Source of the DNA: Octopus bimaculoides
Lineage: Eukaryota
NCBI RefSeq assembly: GCF_001194135.2
Contig: NC_068984.1
Location: 71,503,946 to 71,567,945 of the forward strand
Direction: 5' to 3'
DNA length: 64,000 bases
Part shown: one piece after another, positions 11,801 to 22,949 of the stretch
How the letters are laid out: every line of letters begins with the position of its first letter
How positions within the stretch are numbered: position 1 is the stretch's first letter
The notes under the pieces: model-generated
What the model saw: the letters and a program-made list of their open reading frames with translations, nothing else
What the model was told of the DNA's origin: nothing
Databases searched by the model: none
Position numbers and translations under genes: made by a program

Positions 11801-13537
11801 CAATATTATTATTATTATTATCATCAATATTAGTATTGTTAGTACTATCAGCGTCATCTCACACCGTAACGCATTTTAAAACTTTACAAAATGTTCTCTA
11901 TCTTTTATTCTGTCACCCATAGAAGTTGTCTACTGTAACAAATGTATTATTTTAACGAGTCGTTAATAAATTTTTCGACTAGACGGACAAAGCTTATAGA
12001 TGTCATCATGAGTCATTAGTTAACACTTCAATGTTTTGATCTCCGATTATTATTCGTCGAGTCAAGTTAAAATGCATGAGTGCATACTTTAGCATCTCTT
12101 ATACGGAATGAGAGTTCATATCCCACCACTGGACATAAAAGACGGAAGAAATGAACTCAAATAAAAGAGACTATAAGAGACACATTCTCTAAAATAGAAA
12201 ATAAACATCCTTTCGTCAGGATCAGTGTTTCAGACACTTCGTTAATCTTTTTTTCTTAAAGGCAAATGCAGAATAAATTGTACAACGTTTATTTATACAT
12301 TTGTAAGGTATCAGGAATTTCAATATGTCTTTCAAACCTAGTATCTTTCGCTAGAAAGATTATTCCAGATTTGTAGATTTGTTCCAAATCACTTTGTGGC
12401 GAAACCGAAACCATAGTTTAATCTCTCTATACTTCTTATCACTATTAGTGTGGAGAACGACACTTTGACAAGAACGCGGCATTTGTGACGTAACTACCAT
12501 TGGGAGCACAAGGTTTCTGATCTCCAGTGTACTCGTTCAGTTGTATTATACCCGGCTGCATGTAGATAGATAGATGCAGACAACATTGTACCATATGCGT
12601 GCGAGCTCAAAGCGTAAAGATGAAGAAAAACTACTGTATAAAATTTTGTTATATTATTTAACGATTTATCCACAGCTCGGGTTATCTTATTTCTTCTAAT
12701 TTGGCAAAGGATAGTGTGATGTTGGCCGCAACAGGTCTTGAACTCAGAAGGAAAATATATATACATATTTTGCGTAACACTCTAACATTCAAATTTTACT
12801 CAAATAAATTCAAAAACAAGAAACATTTCGTATAACTAAAAAGATATAACTTGTTTAACGTCTTTAGATATAGCTCCGTTCTATCTAAAAGAGTGTAACT
12901 GAAGCAAAATATGAGCATTTGTCTCATACTGGATATAATAAAAATTCTATTGAGTTAACTGCTGTTGTTTTGTGTGAATAACTGTCATCGTATATGATGC
13001 GCTTCGACAAAACGACAGGGACTAACCGCTCAATGCATAGCCAAATATAACGACAGAAATGTTCAGGAGATGCTTCAAAAAATTGAATACTGGCAAGGCG
13101 ACAATTGCCTACTTGCAACGGATGAGTCATATCATATCTTTTCAAACCACGAAAAGGTTTAGGGACTGATGATTTCCTAAACATTTTGCATATTTTTACA
13201 TATTCTCCAGTAGAAACCTCTTCATATAGCTAATATGCTGTGATTACAGTCTATTAGCAACAGGCTGTTATGAAAAGTTGTTACACTGCAATTTTGAGCA
13301 CTGATAAGAGAAAATCACGTCTTGATTTCTGCCATATAGAATATTATAAAGGAACAATATGTCAACACCGAATGAGCAAAGAGTAATGATGACAATCTTT
13401 CGTGTGATTAATCTGCCTCATTAGCATGTAAATCACCCAATAGGACATTCTTGTGAAACTGAGCGAAGGCATATTTGCGCCTCTACAATTTACATCAAAT
13501 TTATCACCTTGTTAATTAATATTTCTTTTAAAGAAAG

Positions 13538-15375
13538 TGGCAATCTGGCAGAATCGTCGCCGCTTCCGGTTTTTCAAGGTGTACGTGAGTCAGTTTTGGT
13601 GGTATTTTCAGAGCGTTAACATCATTTTTTTTTGTATCAGTGTTTCAGACACTTCGTTAATTGTTTTGTTTTACTGCTTTGCAGCAATTTGTTTTTGCTT
13701 CCCCTCCTAATAGAGCAGGGTCGGCTTTGTGAAAAAGTTGTCTGAAGAAGACTTCACCTTTTCAGAAATGTCGTCGTTAGAGTAAGAATTTTTAAAAACA
13801 GTCAAGAAAATAGACGAAAAATTAAATGAAGAAAAGAGAAACTTTATGGACGTGGCAAAGTGCCAGGAAAATGGTATTAATATCGGTGAATATGAAAATT
13901 ACAAATATTTTAAAAGTTGGAATGGATTTGACGCTAAATTGTCCCCGCCCCGCAAGAGACGCTTAATAATATCAAAGAATGAACAATATTGTACAAAATG
14001 AAAAATTGACGTAATGACCACGGGTCAAATAGAGAAAGCGTTAAGACCAATATGCATGAAATAGTGTACCTTCCAAGAGGTACTATGTTCGAAGTAGTGG
14101 AATTGAAATTCAAGGACTCGGCAACAGAAAAAATACACGCAGCGACTACAATTAAGAGTGAGGAAGTGTTGCTTTTGCCCACTTACCGTAGACAACGTGC
14201 GTCCAGAGTTAGGATTGAGGGAAATCAACTAGAGATAGATGTAGCATGGATAGCAGCCGCTGTCCTTCTGGGAAATGAGGACAACATAGCGGTTCTCCAG
14301 GCCACAAAAACGCAAAGGGTTATATGGAAGGGAGAGATACTGGACATGATTATTCAAAGTTCAACCGAAAACCTAGAAAATATTAAGGAAACAGTAATTG
14401 TGGACGACGTGATAATGAGTGTCAGGGTAGAGGGCATAATCCCTCGATGCTTTAATTATGGCCACATCAGAGCGGACTGCCCTTCACCAACCAAAACAAA
14501 GATAGGAGATACAAAAGGAAGAGCCCCAGAAAGAGCAAGAAAATAAAGAGGAAGACTAAATATTAACAGAAGTAGAGAACAAACAGACAATGAACGCGAA
14601 ATAAAAGGGAAAAAAAAACAAGAAAGAAATTAAGCCCCATAACCACCCAACACTCACCTACACCCTCTTCGACCCACCCTTCCTCTACAGACACCAAACC
14701 CGCCCATCCCCCTGACACAGAAACATGTACAAACAGACAAAAACTCCCAAACTCCCCCCAAACAAAATAGAAGGAAAAAATGCCACACAGTAAAGTATGA
14801 TTACTCAAATGAAAAACTGTGTAAAGAAGTGTTATCTTGGGAAGACTTTATAACAGTCGGAACAACGAGTTTTGACAACATAAAGGGATGGCACTGTTGC
14901 GCGTAGTGCTCGGATGAACAACAAGATTTAAAAGCGGATATAGGTGTTGGGAAATGAAATTAAATTAGGACGTATTACCACAGTATATCACATATAAGAA
15001 GGTGGTGGAAGAATTTGGAATCGATATTCTTGTGGGAACGAAGTTTAAAAGGTATAAATGAAGCTGCTATGAAATGGGGCAGAATGGCTTCATTCCATTT
15101 TTTCATTTCACTTTTCATGTAATTTTTTCATTTGTTTGTTCTAAATTTTTTCTCTGTCTGTATGTCTTCAGATGTTGTATATTGTCTCCTCTATGTTTGC
15201 CCCGTAGTAGGTAATAAAAAAAAATAGAATCATTCGCACGTCAAGCAATATGCATAGCAGCATTTCTTTCGTCTTGATGTTCTGAGTTCAAATGGCACCG
15301 AGGTGGACTTCGCCTTTCATCATTTCGAGCTCGATAGGATGATTACCAGTCGAGTACTTCGGTCGATGTAATCGT
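13538..15375 (+). mobile_element. Family A SINE split by the element at 13558-15225 (head 13538-13557, body 15226-15375)
   Basis: GGCAATCTGGCAGAATCGT lies on the left; AGAATCATTCGCACG..GTTCTGAGTTCAAATGGCACCGAGGTGGACTTCGCCTTTCATC resumes immediately after the poly(A). Confidence 0.65.
13558..15225 (+). mobile_element. ORF1-only poly(A) retroelement (HAL1/Tx1-like), about 1.67 kb
   Basis: Degenerate ORF from ATG at 13768 through ORF 14052..14546 (LLPTYRRQRASRVRI..EIDVAWIAAA; knuckle remnant RCFNYGHIRADCP). No RT or endonuclease motifs seen. Ends GTAATAAAAAAAAA; flanked by AGAATCGT / AGAATCAT. Confidence 0.65.
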
Positions 15376-15377
15376 CA

Positions 15378-15763
15378 TGTTGTTGTTGACACTCCGTCGC
15401 TTACGACGTCGAGGGTTCCAGTTGATCCGATCAACGGAACAGCCTGCTCGTGAAATTAACGTGCAAGTGGCTGAGCACTCCACAGACACGTGTACCCATA
15501 ACATAGTTCACGGGGATATTCAGCGTGACACAGTGTGACAAGGCTGACCCTTTGAATTACAGGCACAACAGAAACAGGAAGTACGAGTGAGAGAAAGTTG
15601 TGGTGGAAGAGTACAGCAGGGTTAGCCACCATCCCCTGCCGGAGCATCGTGGAGCTTTAGGTGTTTTCGCTCAATAAACACTCACAACGCACGATCTGGG
15701 AATCAAAACCGCGATGCTATGACTGCGAGTCTGCTGCCCTAACCACTCGGCCATTGCGCCTCC
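15378..15763 (-). mobile_element. tRNA-derived SINE, family B, near full length with (CAA)n tail
   Basis: Minus strand starts GGAGGCGCAATGGCCGAGTGGTTAGGGCAGCAGACTCGC (A box) with GGTTTTGATTCCC (B box) and ends in CAACAACA. Confidence 0.8.
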
Positions 15764-15815
15764 CTTAAATTACTAGCATTGTCCTAAAATTCTAAATTAG
15801 TACTTCTTGTAAAGT

Positions 15816-16024
15816 AGGTGGCGAGCTGGTAGAAACGTTAGCATGCCGGGCAAAATTAGTGGTATTTCTTCCTCCTTTACGTTCTTAGTTCAAATTCCAC
15901 CTTGTTCGAATTGTTTTTCATCCTCCGGGATCGTTGAAATAAGCGACGGTTGAGCACAGCTCAATGAAATCGGCTTACACCCTTCCCCCAACAACATTTG
16001 TGACATTGTGCCAAAGTTTGGAAC
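15816..16024 (+). mobile_element. tRNA-derived SINE, family A
   Basis: GGTGGCGAGCTGGTAGAAACGTTAGCATGCCGGGCAAAA..GTTCTTAGTTCAAATTCC. Confidence 0.75.
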
Positions 16025-17611
16025 CCGCGACAGTCCGTAATCTTAGGGAAAACGAACATGATCTTAAAGTAGTCGACTGGTCAAGTATTGGATATATTAC
16101 TGAGAACCTCCAAAAACTTAGCCCTAATGTCTAAGCATTATCTAATCCAAATTAGATTACCTAAGCCGAAAACCACACGATACCAATATGATCCACACAA
16201 ACTATGAATCCATGAGCGCTTATCCCTTTACATTGCAAAGTTTACAAGAATGACGAAAAACTCAAAATAAGGAGGTTAAGATTCAAGAAATTCACAATCG
16301 TGTATAAAAGTGTGTACTGTCGACATCAATTACCAATGTATAGCGAATTTCTTACTTGTTTTTCTTCAAAAGACGAAATACGTTTTTACTCAGAAAAATA
16401 GCTGCAGGGAAGATGACTCATGTCTTCACTAAGCATGCGTATAGCAAAATGTCATTTTCTTCTCATGCTGTCTCTCTTGAGCAAGTGCGAGAGATCCAAT
16501 CTGCTTTGTGAATTTCTTACCGTAATGACAATCGAAATATTGTGGTATATTTGAAAAATATAACAATAATTCGATATAGTGTGTGAATTTTACACAGCGG
16601 AAACTCTCGCTACAAGAACGACATTCCCAAGGTTTGGTAATTAAATAGCAAACGTCTTAGTAAATATGAAAAATACAACATATTTTAAATAGAGATATAA
16701 AAAAAAAATCATTAGTTTCAATTGAAAAAAAAAATCTATTCAGTTATAAAACTGATGCCAGGTTTGAAATCAGCATAAAGTATTTCTCGTCCACCCGAAG
16801 CAATTCTGATCAAAATGTTTTGTTGACCAGTGATATTATCGCTGAAAAATAAGATATTATCGTGATGGTTAGAGTAAAGTTTAATAGTTTAATGGAATTA
16901 TTTCAGATTTGATATCAACATTTCGCTTCGAATTAAAATCGATGTGTTATGAGGTCTCTCAGATATTTATCTATAACTTCTAAAATTTATTTTAAATTGT
17001 TTGACTCTTCATATCTCATAAAAATAGGAAATACATTTTTCATTCATACACACACATATGCATCTGCATCCAAACATACACACTTACATACTTAGCTTTA
17101 TTTTAGCTTGAAATTGTATGTTATTTCTAATGCATACACATTCCACCACAGAAGAATAAGTAGACAGTTTTAAGTATTTAAAAAGCAACATTTATTTTAT
17201 ATATATTCTGCCGCATTTGCATATTATAAATGTGTGATGGCGAGGGGCGAATTATTAGAGTGTTAGACTGAATATATATGGAGTGTATAGTTATATCTTG
17301 GTTGTGAATTCAACACCAACCAGCGTTTATTTTGCCTTATAACGGTTCATTGATGATTAAGTAATTACCTCTGAATTTCTACCTCGTATTTGTTCGACAA
17401 AACTTCTTTTGTCCAAATGTATCTTTCCTACAAAATCTCACCTGTAATAGCGGTACAAGGTTGAATCTATTAATTTCTGTACAGTATTCCATGACATAAG
17501 TATATGAATTCAACAGTAACTTCAAATCAAGCTGTTTCAAATTTCATCTCGTATTTTTGCCAAACACTTAGTCGGATATTAGAATAAAATGAAATTTACA
17601 AGTTTCACCAG

Positions 17612-17669
17612 CTCTGGTTTTGCGAACATTAAATTACAACCAATCACCTATATGGAAATCTATGAAAAG
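17612..17669 (+). other. Candidate 58-nt internal exon (unverified)
   Basis: TTTCACCAG acceptor and consensus AAG|GTGAGT donor; two frames are open. No homology recognised. Confidence 0.2.
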
Positions 17670-18402
17670 GTGAGTGAATGAAAAATAAATAGTCAGGTCC
17701 ATTTTCGCTCTGGTCTTAGATGCAACAGACGTTAACTTTTGTTTACCCTTTCCTCGGGGAAGTATTAACTGGCATTAATTTGAATTTAATTCCAACCCTT
17801 CTGAGCTCGTGTAAAGTTTACCTAAATCGGATTTCATTCTAATCAGCTAGATATTCTGTATCAGAATCTCGCTCTAAAATCTCTGAAACACCTGAAGGTC
17901 TACTTGATTTATATCTGAGTAAATAATTTTGATATATGTAATATAAGGGTTATTCTTTCTATTTGAAATTTGCTTTAATTTAGGTGCACGTAAGATAAAC
18001 GAACTTATATTATACTTGTTTTATCAATCTTCTAAATTTCTCATTAATATCGAGATACATTTATATCCTCAAATTGATTGGTAAATTGTTATCAGTTATT
18101 CTTTCCTTACTGGATTGTAGGTATGCTAAGGCATACGGGCGTTTAGAATTATTTAGTGGAACACGTCAATTCTATTTTTAGGTCTGGTAAATATTCCATC
18201 GGATGCTTTTGACAAACCTCTAATTTCCGAGGCTTTAAACACACTGGTCGTCAAACTGTGAGTGGTACAAATACAGACGCGCAAACACATACACATATGT
18301 AATTTAATTATCAGCGACAGATGCAGTATTACTGCTAAAAGGTTATCTTTATATCCAACTTTACGTGGATGCCGTGGTAGAACAATGAATATATATATAT
18401 AT

Positions 18403-18669
18403 GGTAGTCTTCAAGTTTAGGGGGATAAAAAAATAAATTAAAATATTCAAGGGAAATAACTGAACGACTAACCAGTATTATCCGTTTTCTTCTAGCTGTT
18501 TATAAATAAATCACACCCTAACCCTAATCCTAACCCTAACCCTAACCCTAACGTCAATCAAATCACGGGTGTGATTTATTTATAAACAGAGACGTACGGA
18601 GAATACTGGTAAGACGTTCATTTACTTCCCTTGAATATTTTTTTTATCCCCCTAAACTTGAAGATTACC
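18403..18669. mobile_element. Fold-back MITE with about 110-bp inverted arms and a central (CCCTAA)6 array
   Basis: The left arm GGTAGTCTTCAAGTTTAGGGGGATAAAAAA..TTTATAAATAAATCACACCC is the reverse complement of the right arm GGGTGTGATTTATTTATAAA..TCCCCCTAAACTTGAAGATTACC; TA-rich flanks. Confidence 0.85.
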
Positions 18670-18688
18670 TATNNNNNNNNNNNNNNNN

Positions 18689-18714
<26 letters not shown>

Positions 18715-18719
<5 letters not shown>

Positions 18720-18863
18720 AAGGGCTACTTTTAGCTTTCTTCTACCAAATCAACTCGATCTGTGGTTATAGAAAAACACGCTTGCCCAACGTTTAATGTG
18801 GTGGGACAGACCCCGGAAACATGTGGCTGGGGAGCAAACGTTTTATCACATAGCCACGCCTGT
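18715..18863 (-). mobile_element. tRNA-derived SINE, family C, head fragment
   Basis: Minus strand CAGGCGTGGCTATGTGATAAAACGTTTGCTCCCCAGCCACATGTTTCCGGGGTCTGTCCCAC..TTGGGCAAG, similar to 45950-46065. Confidence 0.6.
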
Positions 18864-19634
18864 ATCTATAATTTGTTCTAGACAAGACTTTCGGAATGTC
18901 TTGTGTAATTTCATTTCATTATCATGTTTTGATACTCATTCATTCCATTAAGAAATGTTGTGTTCGAATTTTGCTCATTGAATATAACAATTTACTCGCG
19001 TTGTGTTTGCAGAATTCAATGAAGAGATAACGTTTTTGTTTTTCATTTTTTTAGGTTTAAGTGAATTGTTTCTGCTTACTGTGTTGCACATTATCGATTG
19101 TATACTTTTGGTGTTATCTACTTGATAACATCTGAAATTTAACGTACTTTCTCTTAAAAGTTTAGACACGCAGATGTAAGCGATGCTTTGGTTCCATTGA
19201 AATTTATTTTAGTCGAGAATTGCCAAATATTAACAAATATATTGATTTCTGTTATAACTCAATGTTGGTCATCTATGGTATTCTTTGTTTCATGCTGCAA
19301 CTCATTGTCTTTGCTCTCTCAGAATATCTGGCGTTCTTATCTTCAGCTGCCACTATATTTACAATATACATTCTGTATCTAATTGGCGTATTATCTATAG
19401 AAAACATCTTTCTTTTGATTTCAGTGTTCCTTAATTAATTTCTATTATGAACTTTCTTCCTAGATATCATATTTATTTTGACATAATCGTGTAATTCATG
19501 TCGTTCATTATAGATGTTGAAAATAAATGACGCCTGTTTACGTGTATGGCTAATGCAGTCAGAATCTTTACATATATTCTGATTTTGCTTTTATATCTTG
19601 TACTTATTTGTGAACTCTATAAATTCCTATATTA

Positions 19635-19980
19635 TTATTGCGTAAACGGTAAAGTTCCCCTTCATCATGAACGATCATGAGATTGCACCTAGAAAGACTC
19701 CAACTTCGAGGACCAAACTCCGGCGAGGCTGTGTGTGGAAGACGAGCAGTCACCCATACGTTCCAGTCTCTGTTATCCACACCAACAATGTTGTCCATGT
19801 GAAAAAGTAAAGGTTGTTACAACGTAGCACCAGTGGTGCCGCAACTCATTTCTAGAGCTGCGTGAAAATTTGAAATAAAATGTTTGTCTTGGTCAAGGAT
19901 ACAATACATAGCCCAGTCCAGGAATCAAACTCACAAACTCATGATTCTAAGCCCAACACACTAACCCTTGAACCTTAATT
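19635..19980 (-). mobile_element. tRNA-derived SINE, family D (diverged)
   Basis: Plus strand ends GGAATCAAACTCACAAACTCATGATTCTAAGCCCAACACACTAACC (reverse-complement tRNA head), preceded by GCAACTCATTTCTAGAGCTG and an SINE-like body. Confidence 0.55.
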
Positions 19981-20405
19981 ATTATTGTATATGCAACTAA
20001 TTTTAGGGTTATGCAGGATGTGTATACAAATATTTTCTTTTCGATTTTTGGTTTTGCATATTGTGTCGGATGAGATCTCATTCCAACAGAGGCTGATAGA
20101 AATCTCCAGCTCGTAACCATGACATTCGTACTACCTGGTCATATTTGAGTAGTCGGTCGATAACAGTACTTAAATGTCATGTCCACAGTCAACAGTGTAT
20201 CAATCTCCAATACGGTTAAAAACAAAATCTGTCACATGCCAATGAGCATCCTGAGAGCATGCAGGATCGTGCTAGTAGCAATTTCTCGCATTAACCATTG
20301 TTTGATCTCTGTTAGATATAGGTCACATTGTTGATTAATTGTTGAAGGTCTCCCGTAAGGGTGAACCTATTGTTTGACTTCACTGTTGAATTTTTGAATT
20401 GTTAG

Positions 20406-21230
20406 ATGGTGTTTTTTTTTGTTTTGTTTTTTTGCTGTGCTTTTATAATTGTTTTCTTCCCCATTACGAGTAAAGTAGTGAAAAGTGGAAGCATGGAAAA
20501 CGAAGCAGTCCCAACCGGAAGCTATGCGGCAGCCACTGGAAGAAGTTTAACTGCAGACGTACTACAGGTTAGAGAGGTGAAAATGGAGAAAAAAAAGCTA
20601 AAGGAATTTAACAAACTGATTGAAAAGGACGGAACTAGTTTGAGGTTGACCTTGCCACAAGATTTGACAGCGAGCGTAACTAAACGGGCAGTAGTATATA
20701 GAACGCTGTCCACGGCAACGAAAAGAATTGAAATAGCTACTGTGGAAGCCATAGAACTGTGTTTGGAGGAGGTAAAGAACCTCACAACATTCTATACCAG
20801 AGGGAAAAAATACGGCACAGCGGATGTAAGGCTCGCTAGCGAGCGAGAGATGATAAAACACTCTACTGTGGCACTAAGGACACCAGAGTGGGTACTTCTG
20901 CCGACTTACTATGGCAAACGAGTTGCCAGGGTAAGGATAATCAGAGTATCCCTGGAGATTGAGGAGGCGTGGCTGGTGGCAGCCATTATGTATAATGTGG
21001 AGGAAAAAGCGAAAGTTTTAAAAGTAACGAGAACGAAAGAGGTAAACTGAAGGAATACAAAATAGCAGATGAGTTATACTGCCGGAGGAAGTGAAATTAT
21101 GAGTAGTAGTAGTATGAGTTACCAGTGTGGAGTAAGGGGACGCATGAGAGAAAGGTGTCCCCAGAATAAGAAAGGTGAACAGGAAGAGCAGTAACAGGGT
21201 GACGAGCAGGAGCAAAATGCTGACGTGGCG
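20406..21230 (+). mobile_element. Second ORF1 (gag-like) element of the 13558 family, 3'-truncated
   Basis: 214-aa ORF with GSYAAAT, TRGKKYGT, VLLPTYYGKRVARVRI..EIEEAWLVAA; after stop codons, a degenerate knuckle SYQCGVRGRMRERCP at about 21115-21160. Confidence 0.65.
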
Positions 21231-22120
21231 ACCCCAGTGATTGAGAAGAGTTCAGAGAAGGTGGAGGAGGAATACCTGAGGAATGAAAGCCCAGGTTCGA
21301 AATTTCCAACAAGATACCAGAAGAAGGCTAGATGGTACATCAGCCGAAACGTTGTGTTAGCAACAAAGATTGTGCAGCACACCCGTCAATATCCAGATAT
21401 CCGTCGAATGTAAATAATGTAAATTCGAAAAATATCCGTCGAATATAAGTAATGTAAATAATATACTTTATTTTATTTCTTAGGCTTTCCCCGGTCATCA
21501 CCCATGAAGCCATACATCGCTCCATTACTACTGCTCCATCTCTGCATACTACCGTAACTTTATTTTAAGATGCACAGCGTCCCTAAACATATATGTCAAA
21601 CTGCCCACATCGCTAGCCCTCCTAGCTCATAACTCATATTCTTATATATGTACATATATATATTTACAGCCCAACAAGTTCCTTTGTTATTCTGTTGGCC
21701 TGAAGATTGATATAAGCTGATCTCAAATATGCTTGCAGAAAACAATAATATTTTTTAACATGGCTGTTTGTTGGGGAATCTAATGCATATATATGTTCTT
21801 TACAGTTACCAACAAATATTATGGGACGGGTAAGAAATATTTCAGGTTCTACATTACCCGATTTGTAACCATGAAACTTGAGTTGCAAATATTGCTGTAT
21901 GAGATAAAGTAAACTACGTTTTTGCACAAAAACCCTATTTTACTACAAAAACTTACAACAAAACGGAGCTGGTTCGCACAAATTTGAGGTCATTAAGGGT
22001 GCAATATTAGGATTTCCTTCTAATCTAAGCTGCCATTTTACATGTTTTTGGTGTTACCTCGTGTGCCGATTTTGCCAATAAGAAAGGAGAAAATAATACA
22101 AAGTGAATGTAGGTCATAAC

Positions 22121-22150
22121 ACCATGGTAACACCGGGGTGCATTGCTAGT
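22121..22150 (+). mobile_element. Probable Helitron 3' terminus
   Basis: CCATGGTAACACCGGGGTG (a CpG-decayed hairpin) followed by CTAG|T at 22146-22150; 5' end not located. Confidence 0.4.
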
Positions 22151-22904
22151 CTTAAATATTTATAACCCCAGTACGAAATTTATCTCCCCCGAATCACATA
22201 TTTTCTTGTTCACATCTAATGAGACATAGAGAAATTCCTTTTATAAAAAAACTATTATTACCAAATGAAATTCTTTCCTTGTGCAACAACGAGATGAACT
22301 GTGGAGAGCAAATTAGGTGAAAATGATTTAACAAAACTAAATATGGCGAACTCTCTCGTTTATGTTACTTATGTTTATCGTACATCTATTAAGAACATCT
22401 TGCTTAAAACACTAATTATATCTCAATTGATCTGCTTACGTCTATTTATGTTGATAGAATTGATTTCACTATCATCTCCATGCAAGCTAGCGTTAAGTGT
22501 ATTAATACAGATTTCAGTTTATCATTGATGATTCAAATAATTACATACAATTCGTATGGTCCGAAAAATCATCTTGTCGCATTATTACAATTTCGATAAG
22601 CAGCTACTCCCTAGCATGCACAATTATATCCATCCGAATCAGCATCTATCATTATAGATTATATTACCTTCGTAAGTATGGCCTTTAGCAATTACTAGTA
22701 TAATACGAAGAAAGTGAAACAGTATCTGTTTTTATTACGATATACAGTTAGAAAAGTAAATGAATTTGTCTTATTCGAATATCAATATTATTTTTATCTC
22801 TAATTTTAGTTTACCATACGTTTAAAAAGTACATATTTCACCAGCTCACGTGTAGCAGATTTTGTCAACATGAATTTGGGGTTTTGTTACAAATTTCTAT
22901 TCGT

Positions 22905-22949
<45 letters not shown>

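Noticed and set aside
18516-18551. Telomeric repeats as a chromosome end or fusion scar
   Set aside because: Only six units, located inside a fold-back element.
21664-21927. Possible Helitron helicase C-terminus on the minus strand
   Set aside because: Similarity too weak, and the orientation is opposite to the candidate Helitron end at 22150.
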